Notes: generated from the sequence alone by a model not told the origin. 64,000 nt of DNA from Solirubrobacterales bacterium (GCA_017882505.1 JADGPJ010000004.1:2582-66581), one strand, 5' to 3'. Shown: positions 9,260 to 18,295, counted from the first letter of the stretch. A program made the numbers and translations.

Positions 9260-10104
9260 TGGCTGTAACCGAGACGGACTCCTTCGTCGTCGGACCGGAG
9301 CCGGAGATTCACGGCGAAGCCGCCGGCGCCGGTCCGCCGATCGTCCTCTGTCACGGGATCACCGCGACCCGGCGCTACGTCGTGCACGGCTCACGCTCCC
9401 TCGAGCGCTCCGGGCACCGCGTCATCAGCTACGACGCCCGCGGCCACGGCGAGTCCGATCCGGCACCGCCCGGGGAGGGTTATGGATACCCGTGGCTGGT
9501 CGACGACCTCGAGCGGGTCGTCGAGGCCGAGGTGGGGGAGGGCGGGTTCGTGCTGGCCGGGCATTCGATGGGAGCCCACACGGCGGTCGCCTACGCGCTT
9601 CGGCACCCCGACCGGCTCGCCGGCCTGATCGTCATCGGGCCCGTCTACCTGGGGGAGGTCGCGCCGGCTTCCCTGGAGTACTGGGACGGGCTGGCGGCGG
9701 CGCTCGCCGACGGCGGCGCCGATGGCTTCGTGGAGTACATCGGCGCCAACCAGGGCATCGATTCCGCCTGGCGCGACGCGGTCCTCCGCTTTACCCGCGA
9801 ACGCATCCTCCTGCACCGCCATCCGCAGGCCCAGGTGGAGGCGCTGCGCGAGGTCCCGCGCTCGCGGCCCTTCGAGTCGATGGACGAGCTGGCGGGCCTG
9901 AGGATCCCGACGCTGGTGGTCGCCAGCCACGACGACGCCGACCCCGGTCATCCGTACGCGGCCGCCGAGGCCTACGCCACGGCGCTGCCGCTGGCGCGAC
10001 TGGTGAGCGAGCCGAAGGGGGAATCGCCGCTGGCCTGGCAGGGCGGCAGGCTCTCGCGGGAGATCGCCGCCTTCTGCGACGACCCCGCGGTCGCCGGGGT
10101 CTGA
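9259..10104 (+). CDS. Alpha/beta hydrolase
   Basis: Nucleophile elbow GHSMGAH, with HG near the N-terminus (LCHGITA). I took ATG 9259, which shares one nt with the bcp TGA. The track lists TTG 9256. Confidence 0.8.
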   Translation: MAVTETDSFVVGPEPEIHGEAAGAGPPIVLCHGITATRRYVVHGSRSLERSGHRVISYDARGHGESDPAPPGEGYGYPWLVDDLERVVEAEVGEGGFVLAGHSMGAHTAVAYALRHPDRLAGLIVIGPVYLGEVAPASLEYWDGLAAALADGGADGFVEYIGANQGIDSAWRDAVLRFTRERILLHRHPQAQVEALREVPRSRPFESMDELAGLRIPTLVVASHDDADPGHPYAAAEAYATALPLARLVSEPKGESPLAWQGGRLSREIAAFCDDPAVAGV

Positions 10105-10140
10105 ACCACCTTTAGGCGCGACCTACCCGGAGCCATTATC

Positions 10141-10617
10141 GTGATCACTATGAAACTTCCGACCGAAGCCACGCTGCGCCGGATTATCGCCTTCGTGGCG
10201 GCCCTCGGCATCGGTGTCGCCACCTACATCACGATCGCCGATTCGGGTGGCGGGGCGCCGACCTGCCTTGCCGGGGGCGGCGGCTGTGAGACGGTCGCGA
10301 GCAGCTCCTATTCGCACATCGCGGGGGTCAACGTGGCCGTTTTCGGGATCATCGGCTACGTGGCGCTGCTGGCGAGCGCGTTCTTCGTCAACGACCTCGC
10401 CCGCTTCGGCGGCTTCGCCGTCGCGCTCGGCGGCTTCGGGTTCAGCGTCTACCTGACCTACCTGGAGATCTTCAAGATCGAAGCGATTTGCCAGTGGTGC
10501 GTCGCCAGCGCCGTCCTGATGACGATTCTCTTCGTGCTCAACGCGACCCGTCTGATTGGCTATGCCGGGACCGACGGTCCGGCGACGCGAGGGCAGCTCC
10601 GAACCGAACACACCTAG
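10141..10617 (+). CDS. Vitamin K epoxide reductase (VKOR) family protein
   Basis: 158 aa with multiple TM helices. Loop cysteines CLAGGGGC are present, and the active-site CxxC (CQWC) sits in the last TM region. Confidence 0.85.
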   Translation: MITMKLPTEATLRRIIAFVAALGIGVATYITIADSGGGAPTCLAGGGGCETVASSSYSHIAGVNVAVFGIIGYVALLASAFFVNDLARFGGFAVALGGFGFSVYLTYLEIFKIEAICQWCVASAVLMTILFVLNATRLIGYAGTDGPATRGQLRTEHT

Positions 10618-10626
10618 GGAGGGCGA

Positions 10627-11394
10627 ATGAGCGGTAAGCAGGACAGGGAGAAACGCAAAGAAGAACGGCTGCGGGAAGAAACTCAGGTCAACGCCAAAGA
10701 CCGCCGCACTCGCCTTCTCCAATTCGGCGCCGGAGCCGTCTTCCTGGTCCTGGCCGTTGTCCTCGTCCTGATCGTCGTCAGCTCATCCAGCAGCGGCGGC
10801 GGTGACGCCAGCAACCTGAAGGAAGTGAGCCAGGTCGACAGCCTGGTCTCCGGTGTTCCTCAGACCAACATGGTGCTCGGCGACTCCAAGGCACCGGTCG
10901 AACTGATCGAGTTCGGAGACCTTCAGTGCCCGGTCTGCAAAGCCTATTCGGAAGAAATCCTGCCGAAGGTGATCGAAGGCCAGGTCGATCAGGGACAGGC
11001 CAAGATCGAATTCCGCAACTTCACGATCATCGGCGTGCAGTCGCCACCGGCGGGCGCGGCGGCGCTCGCAGCGGGCGCTCAGGGGCGCGGCTGGAACTAC
11101 CTCGAGCTCTTCTACCGAAATCAGGGCAAGGAGAACTCCGGCTACGCCGACGACGAATTCCTCACCGCGGTGGCGAAGGGCTCCGGCGTCAAAGACATCG
11201 CCAAATGGAACGAAGAACGCAACAGCGCCAAGCTGACCGGAGAAGTCAAGAAGACGACCGCGGAAGCGGTGAAACTCGGCTTCACCGGAACGCCGTCGTT
11301 CGCGATCAAGGGTCCGAGCACCAACGGCATGGAACTGCTCGGCACGCCGGCCACCGCCGGCGAAATCGAAGAAGCGATCGAACAGGCGAGCTGA
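10627..11394 (+). CDS. DsbA-family thiol:disulfide oxidoreductase (membrane-anchored/secreted)
   Basis: 255 aa. N-terminal TM anchor, thioredoxin-fold CPVC active site, and FTGTPSF (cis-Pro loop). It starts 9 nt after VKOR and has a GGGAGGG SD. Confidence 0.85.
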   Translation: MSGKQDREKRKEERLREETQVNAKDRRTRLLQFGAGAVFLVLAVVLVLIVVSSSSSGGGDASNLKEVSQVDSLVSGVPQTNMVLGDSKAPVELIEFGDLQCPVCKAYSEEILPKVIEGQVDQGQAKIEFRNFTIIGVQSPPAGAAALAAGAQGRGWNYLELFYRNQGKENSGYADDEFLTAVAKGSGVKDIAKWNEERNSAKLTGEVKKTTAEAVKLGFTGTPSFAIKGPSTNGMELLGTPATAGEIEEAIEQAS

Positions 11395-11583
11395 GACGGC
11401 GGGAACAGGGAGCCGCGGGGGCCCTGATCGGCCTCGTCGCACCCGTTCCCGGCCGAATTTCTCATCGAGTTGACATAACCACCATTATCGTGCGTTGAAT
11501 TCGCGGTTTGGGAGAGGGCCGAGGCGCCACCACTGCACTCGACCCCGGCGGCTTTCAGTGCCACTTGGTGGCTCTTCACAGCG

Positions 11584-12846
11584 TTATTGGTCGAGACAGA
11601 TGCGAATTAGCTCCCTGAGCGCACTGATCGGGCCGCGCGGGACATCCGCCGACGGCGACGCCCCTGGATGGCTGCGCGCGATTCGCACCCTCAGCGCCTT
11701 CGGGCGGATGCGGAAGCGCAGCGGGGACTCCAGGACCATCGCCTCGCCATCGACGCCCAGCGGAATCGGTCCGTCGCTCTCGACCTCCAGCTCGGGCGCG
11801 GTCAGCTCGCGCCAGCGCGCCGCGTTCGGCTCTTCTCCCGCTATCGGCGGGTGAAAGTCGACGACGCCGAGGACTCCGGCGTCGAGGCGAGGGCGCGTGC
11901 CCGATCCCAGGGTCGGCCCCAGCAGGTAGGCGTTGTTGGAGATCAGGACCAGCGCGGTGCTGCTCTGGTCGACTCCGTCGGAATCGACCCAGCGCAGCTC
12001 GTTCGCTTCGCCTTCGGGCCCCAGGGTCTCCGACAGCGTTTCGAGCAGGGTCCGCAGCTTCGATTCGCGGTACTGCTCCTGGCTGACCGCCTCGGCGTAG
12101 ACCCCCAGCGAGACGTTGTTGACGAAGACGCGGCCGTTGACCTCCCCCAGGTCTACATAACGCTCGCCCCCATCGACGGAGAACGCGTCGAGGGCGCCGA
12201 TCACGTCTTCGCGGTCGACGCCGAGGTCGAGGGCGAAATGGTTGCGGGTTCCGGACGGAATGCAGGCGTAGGGCAGGTCGTGCTCCGCGGCGATCGAGGC
12301 CACCAGCGCCTGCGAGCCGTCCCCCCCGGCCATCGCCAGGCCGTCGGCGCCCCTCCTCACCGCTTCGCGGACGAGTTGCGTGAGGTCGCCGCCGGCTTCC
12401 AGCTCGACGGTCTCGATTCCGCGTCTTGTGGCCTCCCCCACCAGTCCGACCTGAGCCGCCTTGCCGTCTCCCGACCACGGGTTGACGAATAGCACCGGGT
12501 GGCGCGGAGGGGCGAGGCGGGGCAGCGATCGTTCGGGTCGAAACGCGACCCTGGCGCCGGCGAGGCCGGCGAAGAAGGCGATCAGGGCAGTCGTCAGCGC
12601 CCAGCCGTTGTCACCGGAGAGCGTGGTGCCGACCGCGACGCCGATCAGCAGCGCCGCCGCCGCGATTCCGGCCAGGCGGGGAAGCCCGCGCCGCAGCAGC
12701 CCGATCCAGGCTGCCGCCAGAGCGCCGAGGATACAGACGAAGACGACCAGGCTGCGGGGAAAGTCGGAGACGAAGACGTAGGCGGCGAGACCGACCGCGA
12801 TCGCGCCGCCGAGGAGCGCCAGGATGGCCGCCCCTCGCCGGCTCAT
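11584..12846 (-). CDS. Membrane-anchored diacylglycerol kinase-like lipid kinase
   Basis: 420 aa. Roughly 4 N-terminal TM helices, then a DAGK catalytic domain (VLFVNPWSGDGKA, AMAGGDGSQALV, IPSGTRNHFALDLG). Confidence 0.8.
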   Translation of the reverse strand: MSRRGAAILALLGGAIAVGLAAYVFVSDFPRSLVVFVCILGALAAAWIGLLRRGLPRLAGIAAAALLIGVAVGTTLSGDNGWALTTALIAFFAGLAGARVAFRPERSLPRLAPPRHPVLFVNPWSGDGKAAQVGLVGEATRRGIETVELEAGGDLTQLVREAVRRGADGLAMAGGDGSQALVASIAAEHDLPYACIPSGTRNHFALDLGVDREDVIGALDAFSVDGGERYVDLGEVNGRVFVNNVSLGVYAEAVSQEQYRESKLRTLLETLSETLGPEGEANELRWVDSDGVDQSSTALVLISNNAYLLGPTLGSGTRPRLDAGVLGVVDFHPPIAGEEPNAARWRELTAPELEVESDGPIPLGVDGEAMVLESPLRFRIRPKALRVRIARSHPGASPSADVPRGPISALRELIRICLDQ

Positions 12847-12857
12847 ATCATCGCCCG

Positions 12858-13400
12858 ATGGCGGAATGGCTCAGCGAGGGAAAGGCCGTCGACGCCGCCG
12901 TCTACGCGGCGATCGCCGAGCTCGAGACCCCGACGCTGGACGTGGCGATGCGCCGACTGACCAGCGCCGCCGATCGCAGCACGATCTGGTTCGGGACGGC
13001 GGCGATCCTGGCGGCCTTCGGTGGAAGCGGCGGTCGACGCGCCGCCAAGCGCGGCCTCGTCTCGCTCGGCATCGCCTCCGCCTTCGCCAACCTCGTCGCC
13101 AAGCCGCTGACCGTGCGCCGCCGTCCGAAGCGCGTCGAGCTGGAGGTCCTCGCCCGGCGCCACGTGCCGATGCCGCGCTCGAGCTCCTTCCCCTCCGGTC
13201 ACACCGCCTCCGCCTTCGCCTTCGCGACCGGCGCCGGGCAGGTGCTGCCGTCGCTCTCGGCACCGCTGCGAGCGCTGGCCACTCTGGTCGGGTATTCCAG
13301 GGTCCACACTGGAGTCCACTATCCCGCAGACGTGCTCGCGGGGGCGTTCATCGGCGTCAGCGCGGCCGAGCTCGCGGGCCTGCTGCTCGACGGCCGCTAG
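12858..13400 (+). CDS. PAP2-family lipid phosphate phosphatase
   Basis: 180 aa. Canonical PAP2 motifs are present: KxxxxxxRP-like (KPLTVRRRP), PSGHTASAF and SRVHTGVHYPADV. Confidence 0.85.
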   Translation: MAEWLSEGKAVDAAVYAAIAELETPTLDVAMRRLTSAADRSTIWFGTAAILAAFGGSGGRRAAKRGLVSLGIASAFANLVAKPLTVRRRPKRVELEVLARRHVPMPRSSSFPSGHTASAFAFATGAGQVLPSLSAPLRALATLVGYSRVHTGVHYPADVLAGAFIGVSAAELAGLLLDGR

Positions 13401-13411
13401 AAGAGCCGGGC

Positions 13412-14863
13412 TCAGCCGCCGCGGCGGCTGAGGACGCGGACCCGCGCCTTCGCCAGCGGGCACCCGGCCGGCCTCGCCACCGCGACCAGCCTGCCGGCCC
13501 GGCGCGGTCGCGCCTTCAGGTGGGCGCGGCCGCTGCGGTTGCTCTTCGCGCGGTGTCCGGCGAAGCGGACCGCCGCCCCGACGCTGCAGGCCGGCACGTC
13601 GCTGACCAGCCGGAAGCGGAAGACCCGCTGGCGGCCCTGCGGCGTGCGCCGCGGGCGCACCTGCAAGCGCGTCTTCGCGTTGGCCCGCGCCTGCGCTTCT
13701 TCTTCGGCCGTTTCGCAGGACGGCTTCGAGAAGACATCGGTCCCGAACGGCGCCAGGCCTTCGGTGCCGGCGTCGGCCAGGTGGGCGAGGCCGAAGTTGT
13801 CCTCGGTCCAGCGCAGCGTCGAGTAGTGGTTGTAGGGGACCTGGGTCACCGTCCCCGGCCGGACGCAGGGCGAGACGACGACCGCCCCGACTTTGCCGCC
13901 GCCGTTGCCGGGCTGGGGACCGCCGTTGTTGAACGTGTTCGGCCCGATCGGCTCGTTGCAGCACGATTCCGCCCCGCTCTCGGACTCGTCGAAGGTGACC
14001 AGGATCGCCCCGTGGTCGCGGTAGGCCGGCGAGGCCTCGATCAGAGGCACCCAGTGACTGAGGAAGGCGTTGATCCCGGCGAAGCCGCCCGGGGCGGTGG
14101 GGTCGGCGCAGGTCGCGTCGTGCCCGTCGGCGCAGAGATCGGGGGTGATGAAGTCGTATTCGGGCGTCGTCGCCTCCTTCTTAAGGTCTTCCGGCAGGTT
14201 GGCGAGGTCGACGACGTTGCGCTGGCAGGTCGCGTAGTCGATGATCGAGTGGAAGTAGACGAAGGGGTCGTGGCGGGCTGCGTACTGGTCGGTGGGCCGC
14301 GCCGACTGGGTCGTGTCCTGGCCGTTCAGCGTCGGGTGGCGGCAGGTCGCCGGTTCGCCGGCGGAGACCGAGTTGGCCATGTCCTGCATGTAGCCGCGCC
14401 AGCTGTGGCCGCTGTTTTCGAGCTGGTTGGCGACCGTCTGCACCGAGCGCGGGAAGACGCACCCTTGGCCGACCGCGACGCCGTCGCTGTTGGTCATCAG
14501 CGGGGTCATCTCCGTGTAGAGGAGGCAGTCCGCCTGCGTCGCCAGGTTTGGCGGCTGGCCGCTGACCAGCGCCAGGTAGTTGTCGAGGCTCTGGTGGCCG
14601 ATCCCGTTGTAGTTGGGGATGAAGGCGCCGGCGTTGCGCATCGTCGTTCCCAGGTACGGCGCCGGCGGCACGGCGCCGAAGGTGTTTTCGGCGTTCTCGT
14701 TCTCGAGCACGATCACGAAGAGGTGGTTGATGTGAGGCGGGCCCGGGTCCGCGGCCGCGGGCGCGGCGCCCGCGGCCAGGCAGACCGCCGCCAGCGCCAG
14801 CCCGCTGCCGAGCCAGGCGAGCGGGCGCGCCGGCCCCCCCTTCATCCGGGCGGCCGACCTCAT
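13412..14863 (-). CDS. Secreted phosphoesterase-family protein (PLC/AcpA-type) with a basic C-terminal Ig-like tail
   Basis: I chose ATG 14861-14863, preceded by GGGGGAGGGGG. Sec signal MRSAARMKGGPARPLAWLGSGLALAAVCLAAGAAPAAA, then HLFVIVLENENAENTFG. The longer track ORF (to 15301) is an out-of-frame overlap of the upstream gene. Confidence 0.75.
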   Translation of the reverse strand: MRSAARMKGGPARPLAWLGSGLALAAVCLAAGAAPAAADPGPPHINHLFVIVLENENAENTFGAVPPAPYLGTTMRNAGAFIPNYNGIGHQSLDNYLALVSGQPPNLATQADCLLYTEMTPLMTNSDGVAVGQGCVFPRSVQTVANQLENSGHSWRGYMQDMANSVSAGEPATCRHPTLNGQDTTQSARPTDQYAARHDPFVYFHSIIDYATCQRNVVDLANLPEDLKKEATTPEYDFITPDLCADGHDATCADPTAPGGFAGINAFLSHWVPLIEASPAYRDHGAILVTFDESESGAESCCNEPIGPNTFNNGGPQPGNGGGKVGAVVVSPCVRPGTVTQVPYNHYSTLRWTEDNFGLAHLADAGTEGLAPFGTDVFSKPSCETAEEEAQARANAKTRLQVRPRRTPQGRQRVFRFRLVSDVPACSVGAAVRFAGHRAKSNRSGRAHLKARPRRAGRLVAVARPAGCPLAKARVRVLSRRGG

Positions 14864-15525
14864 CCCCCTCCCCCGCTCCCGCAGGCGAGGCTCGCCAGGT
14901 GCGCGGCGCGACGGTTCCTCACCTTCACCGCGTGGCGCTTCTTGCGCAGCCGCTGCAGCCGCTTGCCCAGCGCCCGCCGCTTCGCGGCGCTGGGTGCGTG
15001 GCGGCGCTGACGGCGCACCTGGGCGATCCGGTGGTTGAGGTGGGCGAACCGGTGTCGCAGCTTGGTCAGCGTGCGCCTGGCGGGTCCGCAGCCGCGGATC
15101 ACCGCGACGGTTTCTTCGGTGTCGGTCGCGAACTGGCGTTCCTGGGCGTCCTCGAGGAAGGCGCAGACCGTCTCCTGCCCCAGCGGGCCGAGCTTGACGC
15201 TGGTGCTGACGCTGGCCGCGTAGGCGGTGCCGGCCAGCGGGGCGGGCAGCACCCGGTCGATCGCCGTCTGTCCTTCGGTGCCGGCGAAGGAGCCGCCGCA
15301 CTCGGGCGCCAGCCGCACCCGCAGCCGCAGCGGCTGCGCGGCGATGTCGAGCGCCCCCGGTTCGGCGGCGACGTCGACCTGCAGCGGGAACGGCGTGTTG
15401 GCGCCTGCGTAGGCCGGCGCCGTGGCGGTGACGCTGACCGGCTCGATCAGCGCCGCGGCGGCGGGGGCGGCGCCGAGGAGGAGTGCAGCCAGCGCCGCCA
15501 GGGCCGCCGCCAGCGCTCTGCTCAA
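14860..15525 (-). CDS. Hypothetical secreted protein with a highly basic helical C-terminus
   Basis: The TTG start at 15523-15525 overlaps the upstream TGA (TTGA). Signal peptide LSRALAAALAALAALLLGAAPAAA. The stop overlaps the next gene's ATG (ATGA). I recognise no family. The C-terminus is KLRHRFAHLNHRIAQVRRQRRH...RLRKKRHAVKVRNRR. Confidence 0.5.
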   Translation of the reverse strand: MSRALAAALAALAALLLGAAPAAAALIEPVSVTATAPAYAGANTPFPLQVDVAAEPGALDIAAQPLRLRVRLAPECGGSFAGTEGQTAIDRVLPAPLAGTAYAASVSTSVKLGPLGQETVCAFLEDAQERQFATDTEETVAVIRGCGPARRTLTKLRHRFAHLNHRIAQVRRQRRHAPSAAKRRALGKRLQRLRKKRHAVKVRNRRAAHLASLACGSGGGG

Positions 15526-17036
15526 GGCTTCAACCCGAGCTTCGAGGGGTGGCGGAAGGTCCGCGACGGGGTCGCCGCCTTGTAGTCGAAGCCGAGCCGC
15601 TCGAGGTAACCGGAGGTGTGAAGGGCGGCGAGGTCGTGCTCCTTGGGCCGGCCGACGAGCGGGTTCAGCCCGGGGTTGGGGATCCCGATCGCCGGCGCCT
15701 GACAGCTGCTGCCGACGACCTGTGGCGGGTCGGGCAGGCCGGGGATTTCGTAGTTGGGCTTCGACTCGAAGTCGAAGGAGCGGACGATATTGCGGGCATA
15801 GGCGTCCCGCGTCGTCAGCGCCGGCAGCCCGAAGCGGTAGCGGATCAGCTTCAGGATCGACTCGAAGCCGTAGATGTTGTGGTCGACGTGCCCGCGCTGC
15901 GCGTAGGGCGAGATCAGGACGGCCGGGATCCGCAGACCCATCTGGCCGAAGTCCTGGCCGACGTCGGCATTGGAGCGGATGTCGGGCACCCGCGGCGGCC
16001 GCACGTGGTCGAAGAAGCCGCCCCACTCGTCGTAGACGATGAAGAGGGCGCCGCGCTTGAACTGCGACCCTTCGAGGAAGGCGTGGACGACGTCGGCCAT
16101 GAAGGCCTGGCCGAGGCGGACGTCGCCGTGCGGGTGTTCGTCGCCGGAGGTTCCCTGTTCCTCGCCGTTGAAGGCGGGGTCGACGAAGGAGACGGCCGGC
16201 AGCGTCCCGGCAGCGCAGCGTTCGTAGTATTCCTGGACCTGCCCGGAGCGGGCGATTCCGGGTGCTCCCCAGAGCGCCGAGACCGGGATGTCGGTGTAGA
16301 AGTAGCGGTTGGAGATGCCCTTGGCGGCGAGCGAGGCGAAGATCGTCGAGTCGGGGAAGCCGAGCCCGTTCGCCCCGAACGGCAGCGTGTTGTCGATCAT
16401 CCCGTAGGACTGCGCCGCGTGCATGTACTCGCGGTTCGGGTAGGTCGAGGCGAGCAGCGAGCAGAAGAAGCGGTCGAAGGTGGTGAACGAGCGCGCCGCC
16501 GCCGGCAGGAAGGGAAGGTCCTGTTCGGCGTAGTAGCCGATCGAGAAGACATCGTTTTCGCCCGAGCGCAGGAAGCCGTCCATGCGGCCGCCGTCGAGCT
16601 GCTGGCGCCCGCCTTCCCAGGAGTGGTCGGGGTCCGGGTGGGCGCAGCCCTGGAAGTCGGGGGCGAGCCGGTGGGTCCCGTGCGCGTTGCCGGCGGCGTC
16701 CTTGTAGACGAGTCCCGCCTGGCGCCCGTCGGCGCCGGGCAGCCAGCCGAGGTAGTGGTCGAAGGAGCGGTTCTCCATCATCAGCACGACGATCGTGTCG
16801 AGCGGCACGTTGCGCGGGTCGGGAACCGGGACCCGGGTCCGCTTCGTCGCCTCGGCGAGGATCGTGTCGGGGCTGAGGATCCCCGCCAGCCCGGCAGCCA
16901 GGCCGCCGGTTATCGCGGCGCGCTGGAGGAACTCGCGGCGCCGCATCGCTTCGTCGCCGTCGCGGGCGTCGAGCTCCTCAGCGGCCTCGGGGTCCCTGCC
17001 GTCGTTGGGATCGCGCCAATCGTGTCTGTCGTCCAT
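15522..17036 (-). CDS. Tat-secreted phosphoesterase-family protein (non-haemolytic phospholipase C / acid phosphatase type)
   Basis: 504 aa. Twin-arginine signal MRRREFLQRAAITGGLAAGLAG, then VVLMMENRSFDHYLGW and further PLC-family blocks. The alternative start ATG 16946 would remove a 30-aa acidic N-extension. Confidence 0.8.
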   Translation of the reverse strand: MDDRHDWRDPNDGRDPEAAEELDARDGDEAMRRREFLQRAAITGGLAAGLAGILSPDTILAEATKRTRVPVPDPRNVPLDTIVVLMMENRSFDHYLGWLPGADGRQAGLVYKDAAGNAHGTHRLAPDFQGCAHPDPDHSWEGGRQQLDGGRMDGFLRSGENDVFSIGYYAEQDLPFLPAAARSFTTFDRFFCSLLASTYPNREYMHAAQSYGMIDNTLPFGANGLGFPDSTIFASLAAKGISNRYFYTDIPVSALWGAPGIARSGQVQEYYERCAAGTLPAVSFVDPAFNGEEQGTSGDEHPHGDVRLGQAFMADVVHAFLEGSQFKRGALFIVYDEWGGFFDHVRPPRVPDIRSNADVGQDFGQMGLRIPAVLISPYAQRGHVDHNIYGFESILKLIRYRFGLPALTTRDAYARNIVRSFDFESKPNYEIPGLPDPPQVVGSSCQAPAIGIPNPGLNPLVGRPKEHDLAALHTSGYLERLGFDYKAATPSRTFRHPSKLGLKP

Positions 17037-17109
17037 CCGGGTCGATCATAGGTTCATGCGTTGGAGATTTGTAAAGAAAGTGTATGCATGGAAAGACAGC
17101 TTTTTTCGG

Positions 17110-17751
17110 TCAATTCTCAAGCCGTGCGATTCCCCTCACCAGCGGCCGCACGATCGCCGGCGCCTTCGGGATCCGGTCGCGCTCGACCTCGCCCAGCTCG
17201 AAGCGCGACGCCGCGAGGGTCGCCAGGGTGTCGCGGTTGCAGTGGCAGCCGTCGCCGAGGAAGCGCCAGGGCTTCTCGAGCCGGTCCTGCCAGCGAGCGA
17301 GGGCGGGGTCGCCGGAGCGGACGTGCTCGATGAACAGCAGGCGTCCCCCCGGCGCCAGCACCCGTGCCAGCTCGGCGACGGCGGCGACGGGGTCGGGCAC
17401 GGTGCAGAGCACAAGGGTCGCCACCGCGGTGTCGAAGCTGGCGCTCTCGAGGGGAAGCCGTTCCGCCGGCGCTTCGGCGATCGTCGCCGCGCGGGGTGAG
17501 CCGGCCAGTCGCTCCCGAAGCCGCTTCGCCATGTGCGGGTCTGGCTCGACCAGAACCAGGTCCTGGACCGCATCCGGATAGAGATCGATGTTCACGCCGG
17601 TGCCAGCGCCGATCTCGATCACCCTGCCCTCTGCGCCGGCGAGCAGGTCGGCGCGCATCTGCCCCAGCCCCGCCTCCTCGGTTGACTTCAGCCCGCGGTC
17701 GTAGAGCGCCGCGAAGAGGCGCCCCCAGGTGGCGTCGTAGATCCGTCCCAT
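17110..17751 (-). CDS. Class I SAM-dependent methyltransferase
   Basis: 213 aa. Motif I VIEIGAGTGVN and LAPGGRLLFIEH. Confidence 0.8.
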   Translation of the reverse strand: MGRIYDATWGRLFAALYDRGLKSTEEAGLGQMRADLLAGAEGRVIEIGAGTGVNIDLYPDAVQDLVLVEPDPHMAKRLRERLAGSPRAATIAEAPAERLPLESASFDTAVATLVLCTVPDPVAAVAELARVLAPGGRLLFIEHVRSGDPALARWQDRLEKPWRFLGDGCHCNRDTLATLAASRFELGEVERDRIPKAPAIVRPLVRGIARLEN

Positions 17752-17791
17752 CAGAGGACCGTACCGCGCCCTGCGCCCGCCACGCCAGGGC

Positions 17792-18295
17792 CTAGCCGAA
17801 AACCCCCTCGGACGCCTGGAACGGGGGCGGGCCCAGCAGTTTCATGCCCCCGGAGCGCTCCGCCGCTTCGCGGACGCGGGCGAAGTCGACCGGCCCCGAG
17901 GGGTCGGCGTCGGCACTCGCGGGCTCGCTGGCACCGCGGTAGAACGCCTCGGCACTCGCGGGCGTCAACAGAGTGAGCAGGCGTGCGGTGGGCGAGGTGA
18001 CGAGAAACGCATGCGGAACTCCTCGCGGTGCGAACGCGACTCCGCCCGCGCCGACCACGTGATCCCCTCCGTCGACGTGGACCAGGGTCTCGCCCTCCAA
18101 GACGTAGAGGAGCTCGTCCTCCTCCACGTGGGCGTGCAGGGGCGTCGTCTTTCCCTTCGTCATCGCATCTTCGAAGAGCAGGAAAGAGCCGCCCGTCTCC
18201 GCGGCCGTCGCCTTCATCGTCAGGACTCCCCCGCCCCAGAAACGGAGGCGCTCCCCCTCCCCCTTGGCCCGGATGATCGAAACGGCAGCGCTCAT
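17792..18295 (-). CDS. Cupin-domain protein
   Basis: I chose ATG 18293-18295, 7 nt after GGAGG. Cupin motifs PLHAHVEEDELLYVLEG and PRGVPHAF. Confidence 0.75.
   Translation of the reverse strand: MSAAVSIIRAKGEGERLRFWGGGVLTMKATAAETGGSFLLFEDAMTKGKTTPLHAHVEEDELLYVLEGETLVHVDGGDHVVGAGGVAFAPRGVPHAFLVTSPTARLLTLLTPASAEAFYRGASEPASADADPSGPVDFARVREAAERSGGMKLLGPPPFQASEGVFG

Noticed and set aside
10130-11490. Shared 11-mer ccattatcgtg at 10131-10141 (VKOR start) and 11477-11487 (dsbA/DAGK convergent spacer). I considered a repeat element or a shared regulatory box.
   Set aside because: There are only two copies with no extended flanking similarity. The first simply contains the VKOR GTG start, and the second is followed by an immediate stop. 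This is too little evidence. A weak GCCACCA...TGGTGGC hairpin at about 11528-11575 may just be a terminator.
12824-15010. 728-aa plus-strand ORF spanning the PAP2 and phosphoesterase region.
   Set aside because: Low-complexity Arg/Ala/Gly/Pro sequence. It is out of frame with PAP2 and antisense to the phosphoesterase gene, both of which have clear family motifs.
17037-17109. Possible PHO box or PhoP operator in the AT-rich promoter of the Tat-secreted phosphoesterase.
   Set aside because: I could not find convincing direct repeats of the actinobacterial PHO-box unit (GTTCACC-like). Only a single ATGAACC-like element is present. The phosphate-regulation idea is kept only as a hypothesis in the findings.
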